Shown piece by piece: positions 27,300-40,265 of a stretch of DNA of 64,000 bases. The notes under the pieces were generated by a model, which saw nothing but the letters and a program-made list of their open reading frames with translations, ran no database searches and was not told where the DNA came from. Source of the DNA: Raillietiella orientalis (Eukaryota); assembly GCA_036172245.1 (NCBI GenBank), contig JAYWIR010000082.1:248001-312000 (forward strand). The letters are read 5' to 3'. The translations under genes were made by a program, and so were the position numbers. The stretch's first letter is position 1. Each line of letters opens with the position of its first letter.

Positions 27300-28600
27300 T
27301 CTTGGTCCACAGTCGTTACAATATAGTTGCTGATGAATTGGACTCGTGGAATTTGAGCTTTTCCTTTTTCTGGTCCTACAGTTCAACTGAGAACTCGTTC
27401 TCTTTCCTTGTCCTGATTCCTGTCGCTCTCTCTCTTTGCATGATGCATTTTCTTCCAGACTCAGGAATTCTTCACTGCTAGTTTTATGTGATTGCATCTA
27501 CGCTCCTATCTTTCTGTGCAAGATTTCTAACGACGTGATCTCTTTCTTCGTGGATGTAGTTAGATGTTCCTCAGTTACTCCTTTTCATCTTTGGAGGTCA
27601 ATCTTTCTCATTTTCTCTTACCGACAGCTATTTGTTCCTTCAGTGATACAAAAAAACTTGTTTCTCGGGCAGCATGCATAACGAGTTCCGAGTTCTTAAT
27701 GAAATGCTCTCCAGAAATAAAGGAGAATCAGTATTCCTTATTCTCTGGGATTTCTTTGCGGTTTTTTTTTCAGCGAGAGAGAATGTCCACATTTCAGTTT
27801 TTTCAAGACCACAAGATAAAGGGCACAAATGTACTAAATGTACAGGAACTATAGAGGTCATCTCGTATCATAGGCAAACCAGGAACAGGAATTCAAAGGG
27901 AGGATTACATGATGTTCACAATTTATTGAGGCGTTCCAGAAATGGATCAACAGTACACCAAAAAGGGAACCAGGGTTTGTGCGCAAACAGGAATCGTATC
28001 GTAAAGTCTGCTTGCAGTGGGGCTCTTCAAAGGAAAACTGTGATGACGAAAGTGAAAGAAAATAGCAAAGAATATCAGAACTGGTTAGTTTTCCATCATT
28101 CCATTTCCTCTTTTGTCACTGCTGACTTCCTTTCTTCATCCTTCTATATGGAGAGCGAGGGAAATATTAACAAGGAAGATGCAATCCAGTGATCTATTGA
28201 TGAATTTATCTTATAAGTCTTCTTTCTTGTCTGCTAGGAAACGATCAAGGCATCCAGTTTCTGATTCAGTTTTTGAAGAAAGTGCTACATCGAAAATCAT
28301 GTCAGAAGCTTATAGTAATCAATTGAGTACGCGCAGGATCAGAGAGCACCTTAATAAAAGTGAATTATCAGTCTCAGCTGAAGCCTATAAAGAGAATGGC
28401 TATGACAGAAAAATACGAGTCACAGGTGACAGTTCTTGATGAATCGTCTTTCATGCAGAAGATCACTAGGGAAATTTCTTGTCCTCATCGGAAAGTGCTG
28501 TAGACGAGAGGCAAAAGGCTGAGAGGCATTGCATGTGCTGCGTTTGAAGGGTGTTCATCCAGAAATTATGATCAATGGTTATAGTCATTCATTAGATCCA
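27300..28600 (+). mobile_element. Decayed Penelope-like element RT
   Basis: 'VISFFVDVV...TP' (~lvSFDV.SL.T.VP, ~27535-27580), 'YKSS...SRHP' (~YRK...S.HP, ~28210-28256), 'EHLNKSEL...YKENGY' (~L..EL.....NGY, ~28345-28403). Confidence 0.55.
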
Positions 28601-29958
28601 GAGCTGATAGATGATGCACTATTTTATCTACTTACTTTTATTTCAGGAATTCTTTTTCTATTAAAAATGTGGCCATCTAATAGATTTCGTATGGAAGATT
28701 CTTTGTGTTTTGTTTAATAACAAGCTACTTTTAATTTACCAGTTTTATAAGTGCTTTATAGATGTGTTTTGATAACTCCTTCTCATGTAGCTAATGTGCA
28801 CAATACATTGTTAAGTAGCTAAATGTATACTATTTAGAGAAAGTGTTCTCTTTTTTACGGTTCACTCAAAATAGTCTCTTCTCACAGGAAATCAGGGAAT
28901 TAAGATCGTTTCTTTCATCCATGCTTAATATACAAATATTTCTCTGTTTCATCTTTATCTCGGGATCGATGCTTGCTATCCTCCAAAATTTTCAAATTCT
29001 AATAGCTAATAATATATTTTAATAATATAGCTAATAATATATTCTAATAGCATGTAATTCATATGATTTTTTAATAATGTTTACATTCAATCCAATATAC
29101 AAATACAAGCATTACAAATTCAGAATGATAAGCAGCAATTCTACCTTCAGCAGATCTTGTCCATTTCAAGAAGAAACAGTAGTCTACGTACTCAGTTTTG
29201 AAGACTTCGAAGGTTATTGCAAAGATTTTTCGTTTCCTTGGTTCTTTTATTTCCTTCCCACAACATTTTTAAGGATTTCAATATACATTGAATTACTATC
29301 CACATCACGAAAGCCGATAATAAACTGTGACAGAGTTTGCATTTCATTCAAAATCAAGACGATTAATACTTAATTCCTTTTCTGTCTCAAGTTTTGTTCC
29401 AAGATTTTGGGGTTGTTTAATCAAGGGAAATAATAGCATTATTTTGTTATTACCTAAATAAATTTTAAATCGAAATAATAATGAAAATAAGGTATGTCTT
29501 TTAAATTTAGAAACAAGTCAATATTTCTACAAAAGCCCAGAGGGAATTTCAGCTTTTCTGATGATGCTTAATAGGATTTTCTTCGAATGCAATGATCAGT
29601 AATTACATACCAGATTTACGTATAATAAAAAATGCGACAGTTTGAAGTAACCAAGATTAATAATTTTCAAGCGGATATAGTCCAAACTTAAACAAAAGTC
29701 ATCTACAATTATATGATCGTGTATTCCATTTAAAATGAGATGGATTAATACGGATTAATGTGGATGTAATATTCTGGAATACATATTTTGATTATAAACT
29801 GAATGAGTAACCCTGTTTTGAGAAGCGGTAGTCTTTTTTAAAAGTAGTGAAAATGAGAAGTTATTTGTAGGGCCTATGTACTCGACGAGTTACGATCCCA
29901 ACATAACTCGCATGATTTGTTGATTTTATTAATGTGTTCAGTATAACAGGAATATAAA

Positions 29959-32900
29959 ATGTCAGAGGTCTTATATGAAGGAACCGGCGAATTCTCCGAG
30001 GGAAGTGACATGAAGTATAAAAAAAGCAAGTTTCCTGATCGGAGCCTGGAAGGTCCTGGTGCTAGTTCAACTTAAGTGTTTTTTAATGTTTAATATTTAT
30101 TGATGTATAAGCCATATCGACCACTTATTAGTTCCTAATCCTCATCATACAGATATTTGAAAAATTGTTAATGCCTCATAGTTAAAAATTCTTATATCAA
30201 GCGTTTTTTGTAACCTTAAAGAGAACTTTGAAAGATATTCAATTATTTTATGGAGTTTAGTATCAATAATTAAAATGAATCTTCAGTTATGTAAATGCCC
30301 TGGGGCAAAATTGGTGAATCTTTATTCAAGGAATATATAAATAACTTCCCCTGGTAAATCATAGTGCAGTGAAGACTGCACTAAGATGTAAACGATAAAT
30401 ACACGATGTAAATATACGATAAATTTGTCGTTTTACACATAGTGTATAAAGAAGATTTATTTTAGGTTTGTAGGTATATGCATAGAGAAGTTCAGTTTAA
30501 ATCCAACACATATCTGTAGTCAGTTGATTTATTGTATATTTCTACTAAAGTCAGAGGTTGTTCAAATAGTTTCTTTGTGTTTTCTGGGCATTAATGCATA
30601 TGACATGCATCCATGAAAGTATCATTCTAATATTGTTTTTCTGACAGTTCTCTGCAATTGTATTGAAGTCTTTGGCAGATATTAGTTTTTAGGTCATTGA
30701 AATGAACAGGAACTAAAGAATGAAAGACTTATCTTAATGGACTTTTGCAAGTTAAACAACAAAATTGACAAAATAAAGAAGAGGCAATTATTTTTTGGTA
30801 GAAGATGCCAAGATGATTCTCATGAGAAAAGTATTTCTAGGGGCCTGAGTATCATGAGCACAAATAAGATAGTGAATTTACTTGGAAATGCAGAAAGTCA
30901 AATAATCAATTTTTTTCTCTAACCTACTCACATCATTCATGTTTGTGTTTCTATGATTAATGTATTCCTTATTATGTTTGTGTATTGGAACAGCCATCAT
31001 ATGATATATTAATTTGTTTAGCATAGTTAATTTACCAATTAATTTACTGATTTTCATGAATATTATGCAGCAACAATGTATTTTATAATTTATTTATTCA
31101 AACTTTTTTAGACCTCAAAGGAGGAACCTCAAAGAATGATCTCAAAGGTCATTCTTTTGTGCATTTGTTAAAATGGTGGAATGATTACAATCAAAAGTTG
31201 AACATGAAGGGAGAGTTTTTTATCTTGATGAGTTTTTAGGAATTTTTAAATAGAGGTTTTGATTGTTTCGTAGTTTTCATGATTTGAACAGTTGAAGTTG
31301 AGAAATTCTGTTAATGCCATACTTATATCAAAAAGAATATTTTTTTCTGCATGTATCCCCAAATAAATTTCCTTGAATGAAAATTGCATAGTATTTGTAA
31401 TATTTTGAAAATTTATCTGAATATTTCCAATTATGTATCATTATCATAAGCAGCATAAAGGAAGGAGGTTATTGAAATATAATGGTTTAAGGTTTCAATG
31501 CAGCAAATCATGTTTTCATATCTATAACCACAAAATAAAGAATAGTTCAAGCAACTATTAATTCTTACAAAAAATTAAAAAAAATTTATTTTTATTTTGA
31601 TATTTTCATGGTTTTATAAGTGATGTGCATGCATAAATTAATCATATCTTTAAATATGGTGCACTTAAATTTGTCCGAAAAGTGTATATAAATAATCGAA
31701 ATTTGATTTTCTTCTTTTTTAGAATCTATAGTACAATGCGTGTTTGAAATATATGATCCAATGGAGACAGGATATCTGCCAAATACATTTCGTGAAAATC
31801 CATGGTGCAAAGATCTGTTCAGTGATGAAGGTAAACTTTCGAGATATGAACATTCTGGAATCAGTAAAGAGCAATTATTGAGTTTCTTAAAACATTGGAA
31901 TGAAACAGAAACCACAAGGTGAGGAAAATGCATATTTTCAATTCAAGTATCATTGCATGTTAGCATTAGAGAATCGGTGTTAATGCAGTTGTATGGAGTA
32001 TTGATGTCACATAAGCATGATTTAGGTACTTGTGATTTCTTGATAATTTGTTGCACTAACTTTGTAAAAAGTAGAATACAATGATTGTTTTTGAAATTTA
32101 TTGTACTTTGAAAACTATAAAGTACATGTTTATGACAAAAATAATGTGCATATGGTGTGAAGCTGATATTGTTGAAAGGTATTCCCGGAAATTGTTCAGT
32201 GGTTAATTTGATATTCTTGCAGATACTTTACAAGAACGTACTTCTAGCCAGTGTACAAGGGAATTTTCACTTCAGTAAGAAACATCACAGGACAACATTT
32301 GTGACATTGAATTTCAGGGATGCTAATGTTTTGAGGAAACATTTGGATGAAGCAAGATATCAGAATGCACTCTTGTTTGAGAATGTGCAATCCTTGAAAT
32401 CTCAAATCGAATGTGGAAAAAATGCTTATGCTGATCTGCAGAATGATTATGACAGTTTACAGACCAAATACCAACAAACTCAAGAGGCTCTCATTAAATA
32501 TATGAAGGATAGTAAGGAATTAAAGAACATGAAAGAGGAGACAGAGCGGTTGCAGTCAAATTATGTAGATTACAAGAATCAGTGTTTAAATTGGAAAAAA
32601 AGTTACGAAATGTTGAAGAATGAAGTGAAAGAATACATGGGAAAGGTAAAATGTGTGAACATAAAGGATATTTTGAATTCATAAAATCAATTTTGAATTC
32701 AGATTCAAGAATTGGAACAGTCCCTTCAGACATTGCAGTCTAGTAAAACTTGTCTAGCCAATGAGTTGCAATCATGTAAAAAGGAAGTGACTGTCCATGT
32801 GAAGCAAGCAGCTTTCTATAATGATTGCATTGTAGAACAGAGAATTATAATTAATGATTTGCAAGGGAAATTGGATGTAAGTAGATGAATGACTATTGTC

Positions 32901-35900
32901 ACGTTTCCGTTTTAAGAATTTGCAAAAGAAAAAGAAAGAATTGGAGTTTATTTTAAAGAATAAGGAAGTACAAATAGGGTACAAGGACGTAGTATCTTTT
33001 GCAGGTACAAAATTTCGTATATAATAAAAAAAAAAAGGGATTTTCTTATGTCTACAGTTTTTGACAGCTTGAGACCTACAACAGATCGATACAACTGCCT
33101 ACAAGATGAACTGATAGCTGTACGTATTATTGCATTTAAGTACCTTAGAGTTATTAATCCAGGGAGACTTTAATGACGCCCTTCAAAGTTCATCTATTCA
33201 AGAGCTGCAACAGTGTATTAAAACTTTTTTAGACCTCAAAGAAGGTCATTCTTTTGTGCATTTGTTAAAATGGTGGAATGATTACAACATGAATCGGTTT
33301 CAAGAATTATCTGAAGATTCTAAAAGCACTTTTTTCACGAATGTTCTATTGTTATGGTCATGTTGCCTGAGACTTACTTTGAAATTGCTCCTTGCAGTTA
33401 CAGGAAGGTATGTATTTAAAATTACCTATTTTATAGATGCATTATTGAATCGATTCTCCAAATAAACACCTACGACATTAATTGATTAATTCATCAATTA
33501 ATCTATACTTATTATTATTCTAATAAGTTTATAAATATGTAAAGACATTCATAAATATTTAAAGTTGTAGAGCTAATACAGCAATAAAAATCTTTCCTCA
33601 GCATGTTCAAAAGAAGCATTTCTAAGTATTGGCGCTGAGTATTCAGTTAATAAATTGAAAAGTTATTAAGGGGAAACATTCACTCCAAGCATACCATTAC
33701 TCTGCATAAAAGAATGAAATCAGAAGAAAATTTGCAACCCGAAATGCTGATAATTTTGTAATCAAAGTGTAGGATAAGAGTAACCAGCTTCCAAGAATAC
33801 AAGCAGTGTATAAAAATGCTAAAACTTCATAAGAGTGTTAATAAAATGTGCACATTAGCTGTATGACAAATAAATGATAGTAATAGAACTACGCTTGAGT
33901 AAGATCGTATATAACAGAAGGATGTTGCTCTGTTTAGTTTCCTTCACTACATTGGCAGTAAACTAAGTGTTAAATTGAGTCTAAACAAAAAGGATTATCG
34001 CATGTGTATACTATTGCCCCAATTCAGACAATTACAGAGACACAGAAGCCCCAGTTTAAGTGTTATTAATTCTCTGATCAATTTCAGAAGATTTTTGCAA
34101 AAGATTTCTAAGATATAGAAATCGCATTAAGTTTACATTGCATTAGACAAATGACAGTGCATTTTTTTTATATTTGTATAATTGCAAGTAATGTAATCTT
34201 AATGTTTAGCCATAATGGAAGGATTTCAGTAATACAATTTACATTTTGAATTGAGAGATAACTGATGATCGGTGCATTTTGAAAATTCTACTCTATTTCA
34301 AGTTCACTTCATCTTGAAAGCTGCACATGTTGAGTTTCTTTTCCCTAGAAATAAAGATGAATATAAACTAAAATGCTCATGTGCATTTAATTGGAACACC
34401 AGCTTTCATGCATGAAAAACTTGCAATAGTTCTCTCATAATAAAAGTCATATGTGAACAGTTTGTATGAACACCAAGCACCTTTAGGAAAACAGAGTTCT
34501 ATTTTAAATAGTTTCCAACAATTACAATAAATTTGCTATTTTAACAACAGAAATGTTACAAACAATTGCTTTTCATTTGAGAAAAGAAAATTAGAAAGGC
34601 ATTATGTATGTACTATTAAAAATTATTTATTTCCTGTTGTCAAGAATTTTCCTGTTTTTTCTTCACAAAATGATGCAGAGAAAAAAGTATCCCATAATAT
34701 GACGATGATTGCTTAAATGCGTTTTCATCTTGTTGAGAATATAAGCCATTTGCAATGCAATTAAAATTGATCATGGATGCAGCAGCTGAATAAAGAAGAA
34801 TCCCAAATTCAGAATTTAATCATCTAAATGTATGTTTGTTTACAATGTAATGTTTGCATGCATGTGTTACTTACTGTTCCAACTATTTTCGACAGCAAGA
34901 TTTTGTGCAAAAATATTGTTAAGGTATACCAAAAATTGCCAACATGATGCACAATTTAGTTCACATTATTTTAATATCTAAATCATGCATAGAATAATAG
35001 TACGAGAATTCGTTGTTTCCGTAAATAATTTTGATAGCTAAATTTTTTGTGTTTTCCCACATCTGAAGAAACCTCTATTTCTCTGCATATTTTGTGCCCA
35101 TAAAAAAGACCCTTTTTCAGAATGCCCTTGGTGGGGAATAGGATATTTGGGGCTGTTTTTATGTCCTATAGTATAATATGTAATGTTATTTCTTGCAATT
35201 TTCAACTAATACTTTGTCTTCACCATGTAGCAAAGTGCCTTGTTTTGATGCCAGGATTCCTTCAGAGTTTGGGGCAAATGATTATGGTGAATTTGAAAAG
35301 GTAACGGACTCCTTCCTTATTTTTAATTGTTCCAGAAGCTGAATTTATTGGTGACTGTTGCATTTTTCTAATTGTGTATTTGTTTTTCTGTTGATGCATT
35401 TCTAGAAGCTCTTTTCAGATGGGAATATTTCATTATCAACATATTATGTACATGTATTTCTATTGATTGTGAAATTTTATGTATCAGAAATGAAATATCC
35501 ATATTTGTCATTAACTAAATGTAATTGTGCTCATTTTCATGGAAAAAAATCAATTGGGCTTTCTTGTCTTATGTCATCTACTTGAATGATGATTGCAATT
35601 TTTATTTCATTGAGTTTTTAATCAACTTTAATCTGAGTTTTTTTTCTTTTTGTTTGATTCAGATTCAGGCATCTTTGCAAACATATCAGAAAGTCCTTCA
35701 GACATTAAGTCATTTTGCTTATAGTAATGAGGTAAGAGAAGTGTGCTCATGTACCACTGCTGCAAAGTTGAATTCCAGACTACCTATATTTCGGTTAATG
35801 CGAAAACATTTCTACTTGTCTAGAGTATATTAGATTAAATAGAAAAATTGCATTTTCTGATTCCGTTTTTACTTGGATTCAAAGAAGTTTTTTTTATCTA

Positions 35901-38489
35901 GTTGTTGCCTTCAAGAAGCTTTTGCCTAGATTTCTGTAGGGTTATAGAGTATTCTTATGTACTTTTTGTTCTATAAACAACTTGATTTAATTTTCATATT
36001 TTCTTCTACCTCAGGGAACTGCTCTCTCCAATCGTAGTGTATTACAAAAATGCTGTGCCATTTTTGTTGTTAAAAAGCGTAGTATCTTTGAAAGGTCAAT
36101 TTCCATTTGGTTTTTTTGCTTTTTCTTTCGAGCTTTCTTCCATAGAAATTTTTGTGCATAGGAAATTATTCATTAGCTTAAGCACAGAACATGGTTTGTG
36201 TATAGTTGTTGATTTAAGAAATGCATCTTTGGTTATTTCTTTCTTAGGTCATGATGCTTTCATGAAAGAATACACAGCTGCATTTTTGGCTTCATTTATC
36301 TGAGTAAAACGAACATGCAAGTAAACACACATGCTCTTTAAGGTACTCGATTGCGCCCTTATTAATCTTTTGCAATAATACATATGTGAAGTAAATGTAA
36401 CGCTAAGAATATTTAAGAAACTCCATTTATCTAGTTAGACGTGAATCGTATGCAGCATGCTGAAAACTTTAAAATAACTATGCACATGCGACATAATAAT
36501 ACTAAAGACCGGGACGATCAGCATCAACATCATGTGTGCATATGTAATACATATATGACTCGCGCCTTCGATGGAGCCTTTTGGTAGAGTGGTGATTCCA
36601 GTTACAGCTCTAAAGAACATCATGGGATGGATTTATTAGCGTGCTTTAGGAATATTTGTTTTTTTTTGCTAACTCTTAAGTTATAGCAACTTTAAATGTT
36701 ATGGAATTTTATACATTGCGTGTATTTCCCGAAGAGTAGAAATTCAGACGTGAGTAGACAGATTCACATTAATCTTACATCCAGCGTGGGTTGCGCTAAA
36801 GATTTCTCTGTTTCTATGATTTTTCCATGTGTTAGTCTATTCTGAAGTGGATAAAGATGCATTTTTGATATTTAGGTGCCCTCCCAGTTTGAGGGTTGCG
36901 TAGTCCAAATGAACAAAGAATTACTTCGGCTCCATGATGATATTACAGAAGTGATGGATCTCTGGCATACATTGGTTGGTTGCAGCATTTTATTTCACTA
37001 CAGTACAGTTTTCAGCGTAACCACCTGTCTTTTGCCTTGCTCGCTGCTGTTCATCCCGTTCAGAAAGTGGAGTCCCCTATGCCAGGTAACACTGGGATGT
37101 TGCATGTGTTTATAAAGGCCGATAGTTCGTAAAGTGGTTAATTTCCGAAGCCGACTGTCGAGGGATTTTTTGGACTGTTTAGCTTTTAAAACTCGAATTA
37201 TTTTAAGCGATTTGCCGAATTTCATAGGTAACCTTTGATTTCTGTGTAACGAAACTGCTTGGAAATTTGCTCTTTCGTGGAGGGAGGGACGCATTCATTT
37301 GAATTGATTCGAATTTTGCTCTCTTTGAATGTCCTTTATGTAATGGAGCTCTGTGGCCATTCTTATCTGTTTTTTGTTCTTAAATGTTTGTGATTGTGCT
37401 TTACCCCCCCCCCCCCCTCGTAATGTACTGAGGGAATGTATTCATTATCTTCCTGCGTTGACTCAATTAGATGTTTCCGGGATCAGCTGCCCGTTTTCTC
37501 CTGTGCACTACTTAATTAATAATTACAGAAATGTCGAAATGACTGCAGTTCTCTGTTTGCACTTATATCTTTGTATTCATGAACTCATAATTAATCGTGT
37601 TTCACACTTATTTTCAGTTATTCGGTGTCACGACTTACATAGAAAGCCCAAGAGTTGTGCCTCAAAGTCTACGACCGTAAGAATTTTCTCTATGATTGAA
37701 TGTATTGCGAAAATTTTGATTTGGGGATACCATGCATCACTTTTTAGTTTTTATGTGACCATTTATTTGCCAATCTGCCTGCTTTTGGGGCCTTCGATTC
37801 TTATCGTGTGACACTTGAAAAGCGAAGTTCTACACCTGGCGCAAAGCGTGTGTGGGGTCATTTTCTTCCAGATTTTGCGGTGCTCATCCCGTGTGCTTTC
37901 GATAGCTTCTGCAGGCAACTTTGCATGTCTTGAAACTCTGTGTTCTGCCAGGACCTTACTCTTAGAAATTATGTAATGTTTTCGTGTCTTGATGCCTGCA
38001 AAAGGCGTTTCTAAAAGTCGTGGTGTTTGTCATTTGCAAGTGCGAATGAAGGGTGGGCAGTTGGAATTTCCGTCGGTCGCGATGCATTTTCCAGAGTTGA
38101 AAATTCTTGAAAAACGAAACTTTCTAGCGTGTAAAACGTCAGACGAGGAAATGCACGCAACGAAACGCAGTGACGGACTTTTGAGAGAAACGCTGTATCG
38201 ACGGCGGGAAGTGTGCTTCATGTGCGGTTGACATCTCGCCGAAGGTTTCAAAGATCAGCGTATTTTCCGAAGCGCTGTTGGAGGAAGTACCGAAAAAAAT
38301 TTTTTTTTCCTTCCTTCCCAACGGTAGTCGGTAAACAGGAATCAAGTGACACTTGTAAGTGTGGATGGTGGACTCTTGGAATGACGACTGGGAACCATCA
38401 TGTTGACCGGCCCACCCATTTGCTTGCGAGTTTGATCGAGCCGGCTGAATGATCATTTCTTTTTTCCTCGTTGTGAAAGCTGCTATACG

Positions 38490-38522
<33 letters not shown>

Positions 38523-40265
38523 AGTGAATCCAGGTGGGTGCTCGAACACGCTAGCGGGGCTCACGTGTACAGCGGGAATTTTTTCGCACCGAACGGGACA
38601 CACTTTAAGACAGCATATGCATTTCATTTTTCTCTTTCATCAAAGGGCGAAATGCGAAAAACATGCAAAAAACACACACACACAAAAAAGGTTACTTTGA
38701 CCGGTGACACTTTTCTGTTGTTTGGTTTGTGCTTCCAAAAGTATTCATTTCTTTCAATATCTTTTAGGATTATGAGTTCGCCACGAGAAACTCGCTGAAC
38801 ACCAGTGTTGTGTCGGAGCGAACAAGGTATGTGATTTTTCAAAAGGGTTGATCCAACTTCCATATACTTCCCTTCATAATTCCAATCTGTGCACTGCACC
38901 CGAAATAGTTAAACGTCTTTCAGTTGATGTCGATCGTAGAGGTTTGGGGCAATCTCAGATTCTCTTCTAAGGAAGAATGCACAAGTTCCCCTCATCCATT
39001 TGAGACGGTGTATCGTTTATCAGTCATTAATACCTACCACAGAATCCACAGCTATGTGGATTCTGTGGTGGCTGTGTGGAGCAATGATTTGCTTTATAGC
39101 GTATGGTTTCACTGCCGAAATGAATTTGTGTACACTAACCCATTCTTTAGCTGATTGTAAGTGCATTATTTGTATCAGCTGAACCAATGGAAAGTCGGTT
39201 GAGCTAGGTTGGGGTTGTTTGCATTTCTGTTTCTGTACCATCAACTCTTCAGCGTACAGTTGGGCGGGAGAACACAGGCAATCTGATAAGGAAAAGTGAC
39301 GGTTTTCAAACATTTGTTGCTCGTACGTTGATAAAGGCAGATCAGTCTTGGATTGGTATAGATGAAAAATCGCTTTTTTACGTTTGTTGTACACATACGA
39401 ATTGGCGGTGTATACATTTCGTTTGGATTGTACTCGGGAAATGATTAAGAAGATTTGGACATCAATTTCATTGAGGGAAAAACGGTTTCGATGCTCGAAT
39501 ACGACTGGCAGCAGTTTTGTCAATTTCTAGATTGCTGGTGTGTACTATGAGTGAACACGAACACCGTTCTCAGGATCGCTGCTTGCTGTAAGTTTTCCAT
39601 TTCCTTTCGGGTTCGATGTTGGCCATTAACGGAGCGGTTTCAGGAAACTTCTGGCAAAGTGTTGCTTAATTACCGTGTTCGTGATTGTGCTGTTGGGTGC
39701 GTCCGTGCTGCCTTTGCATATGCAAGAGATTTGGAGCGGAGATTGGGAGTACATAACGTTTTCTTATATTGGTCAACCAGCTACGTGATAATGTTGTGTA
39801 TTATTTCAGTTGTGTTCATAGTGGTACTGTAAGTTTTGCCAGATTTGATTTCATTTGTTGTTTTATTAGAAGCGATTAAATATAACATTGGATTGTTTGA
39901 TCAAAAAGTTCAATCTCGGTTTAAGTTCACACTCACAGTTTTCTTAAAACTCATTTTTCTGATCAGCTGCTGAAACTTCCGCGCCATGACATTTCGATTT
40001 TCTCACGATACGTGCATGATATCAAGAAATGAAATCGCAATTTTCAGTTATTCACCTTTCTCCATTGCTGGTAGCTCGTTTTTACAGTAATACTACTTTT
40101 GGAAATTCAAAAATACCGAACATCCGCTTTGGAACTTTCCAGTTGGATGCGCATTTTGATTTTGCATGGAAGCAGAGGACCCGACTGACGACTGTGCAGG
40201 AGAATCTGTGCTGCTCAGGCTACTTCCTTATGTTTGGATCAGAATGAGGACTTTTGTTTTCCTAA
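29959..40265 (+). CDS. Multi-exon KASH5/LRMP-like protein (EF-hand-like domain, long coiled coil, C-terminal hydrophobic segment(s), KASH-like tail); 3' half has lesions (pseudogene or sequence error)
   Basis: Phase-consistent GT-AG exons: 29959-30058, 31723-31918, 32318-32645, 32703-32876, 32917-33004, 33058-33119, 33163-33407. Further candidates: 34679-34829 (3 stops), 35663-35731, 36876-36974, 37064-37085, 39043-39156, 39729-39828, 40143-40265. 'IVQCVFEIYDPMETG...LLSFLKHW' resembles the KASH5 EF-hand region. 'LKSQIECGKNAYADLQNDYDSLQTKYQQTQEAL...ELKNMK' aligns gap-free with the KASH5 coiled coil as I recall it. Hydrophobic stretches: 'MWILWWLCGAMICFIAY' and 'YVIMLCIISVVFIVVL'. Tail: 'LLPYVWIR..GLLFS*'. 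Confidence 0.7.
31100..31208 (+). repeat. Rearranged intronic copy of part of exon 33163-33407
   Basis: AAACTTTTTTAGACCTCAAAG...AAGGTCATTCTTTTGTGCATTTGTTAAAATGGTGGAATGATTACAA matches 33221-33287, with extra CTCAAAG repeats inserted. Confidence 0.9.
38492..38521. repeat. (CT)15 microsatellite
   Basis: Perfect dinucleotide run. Confidence 0.95.

Noticed and set aside
34679..40265. Stop-codon reassignment explaining the in-frame stops
   Set aside because: The stops are sporadic and of mixed type, most exons are stop-free, and the 57245 gene ends normally in TGA followed by AATAAA.
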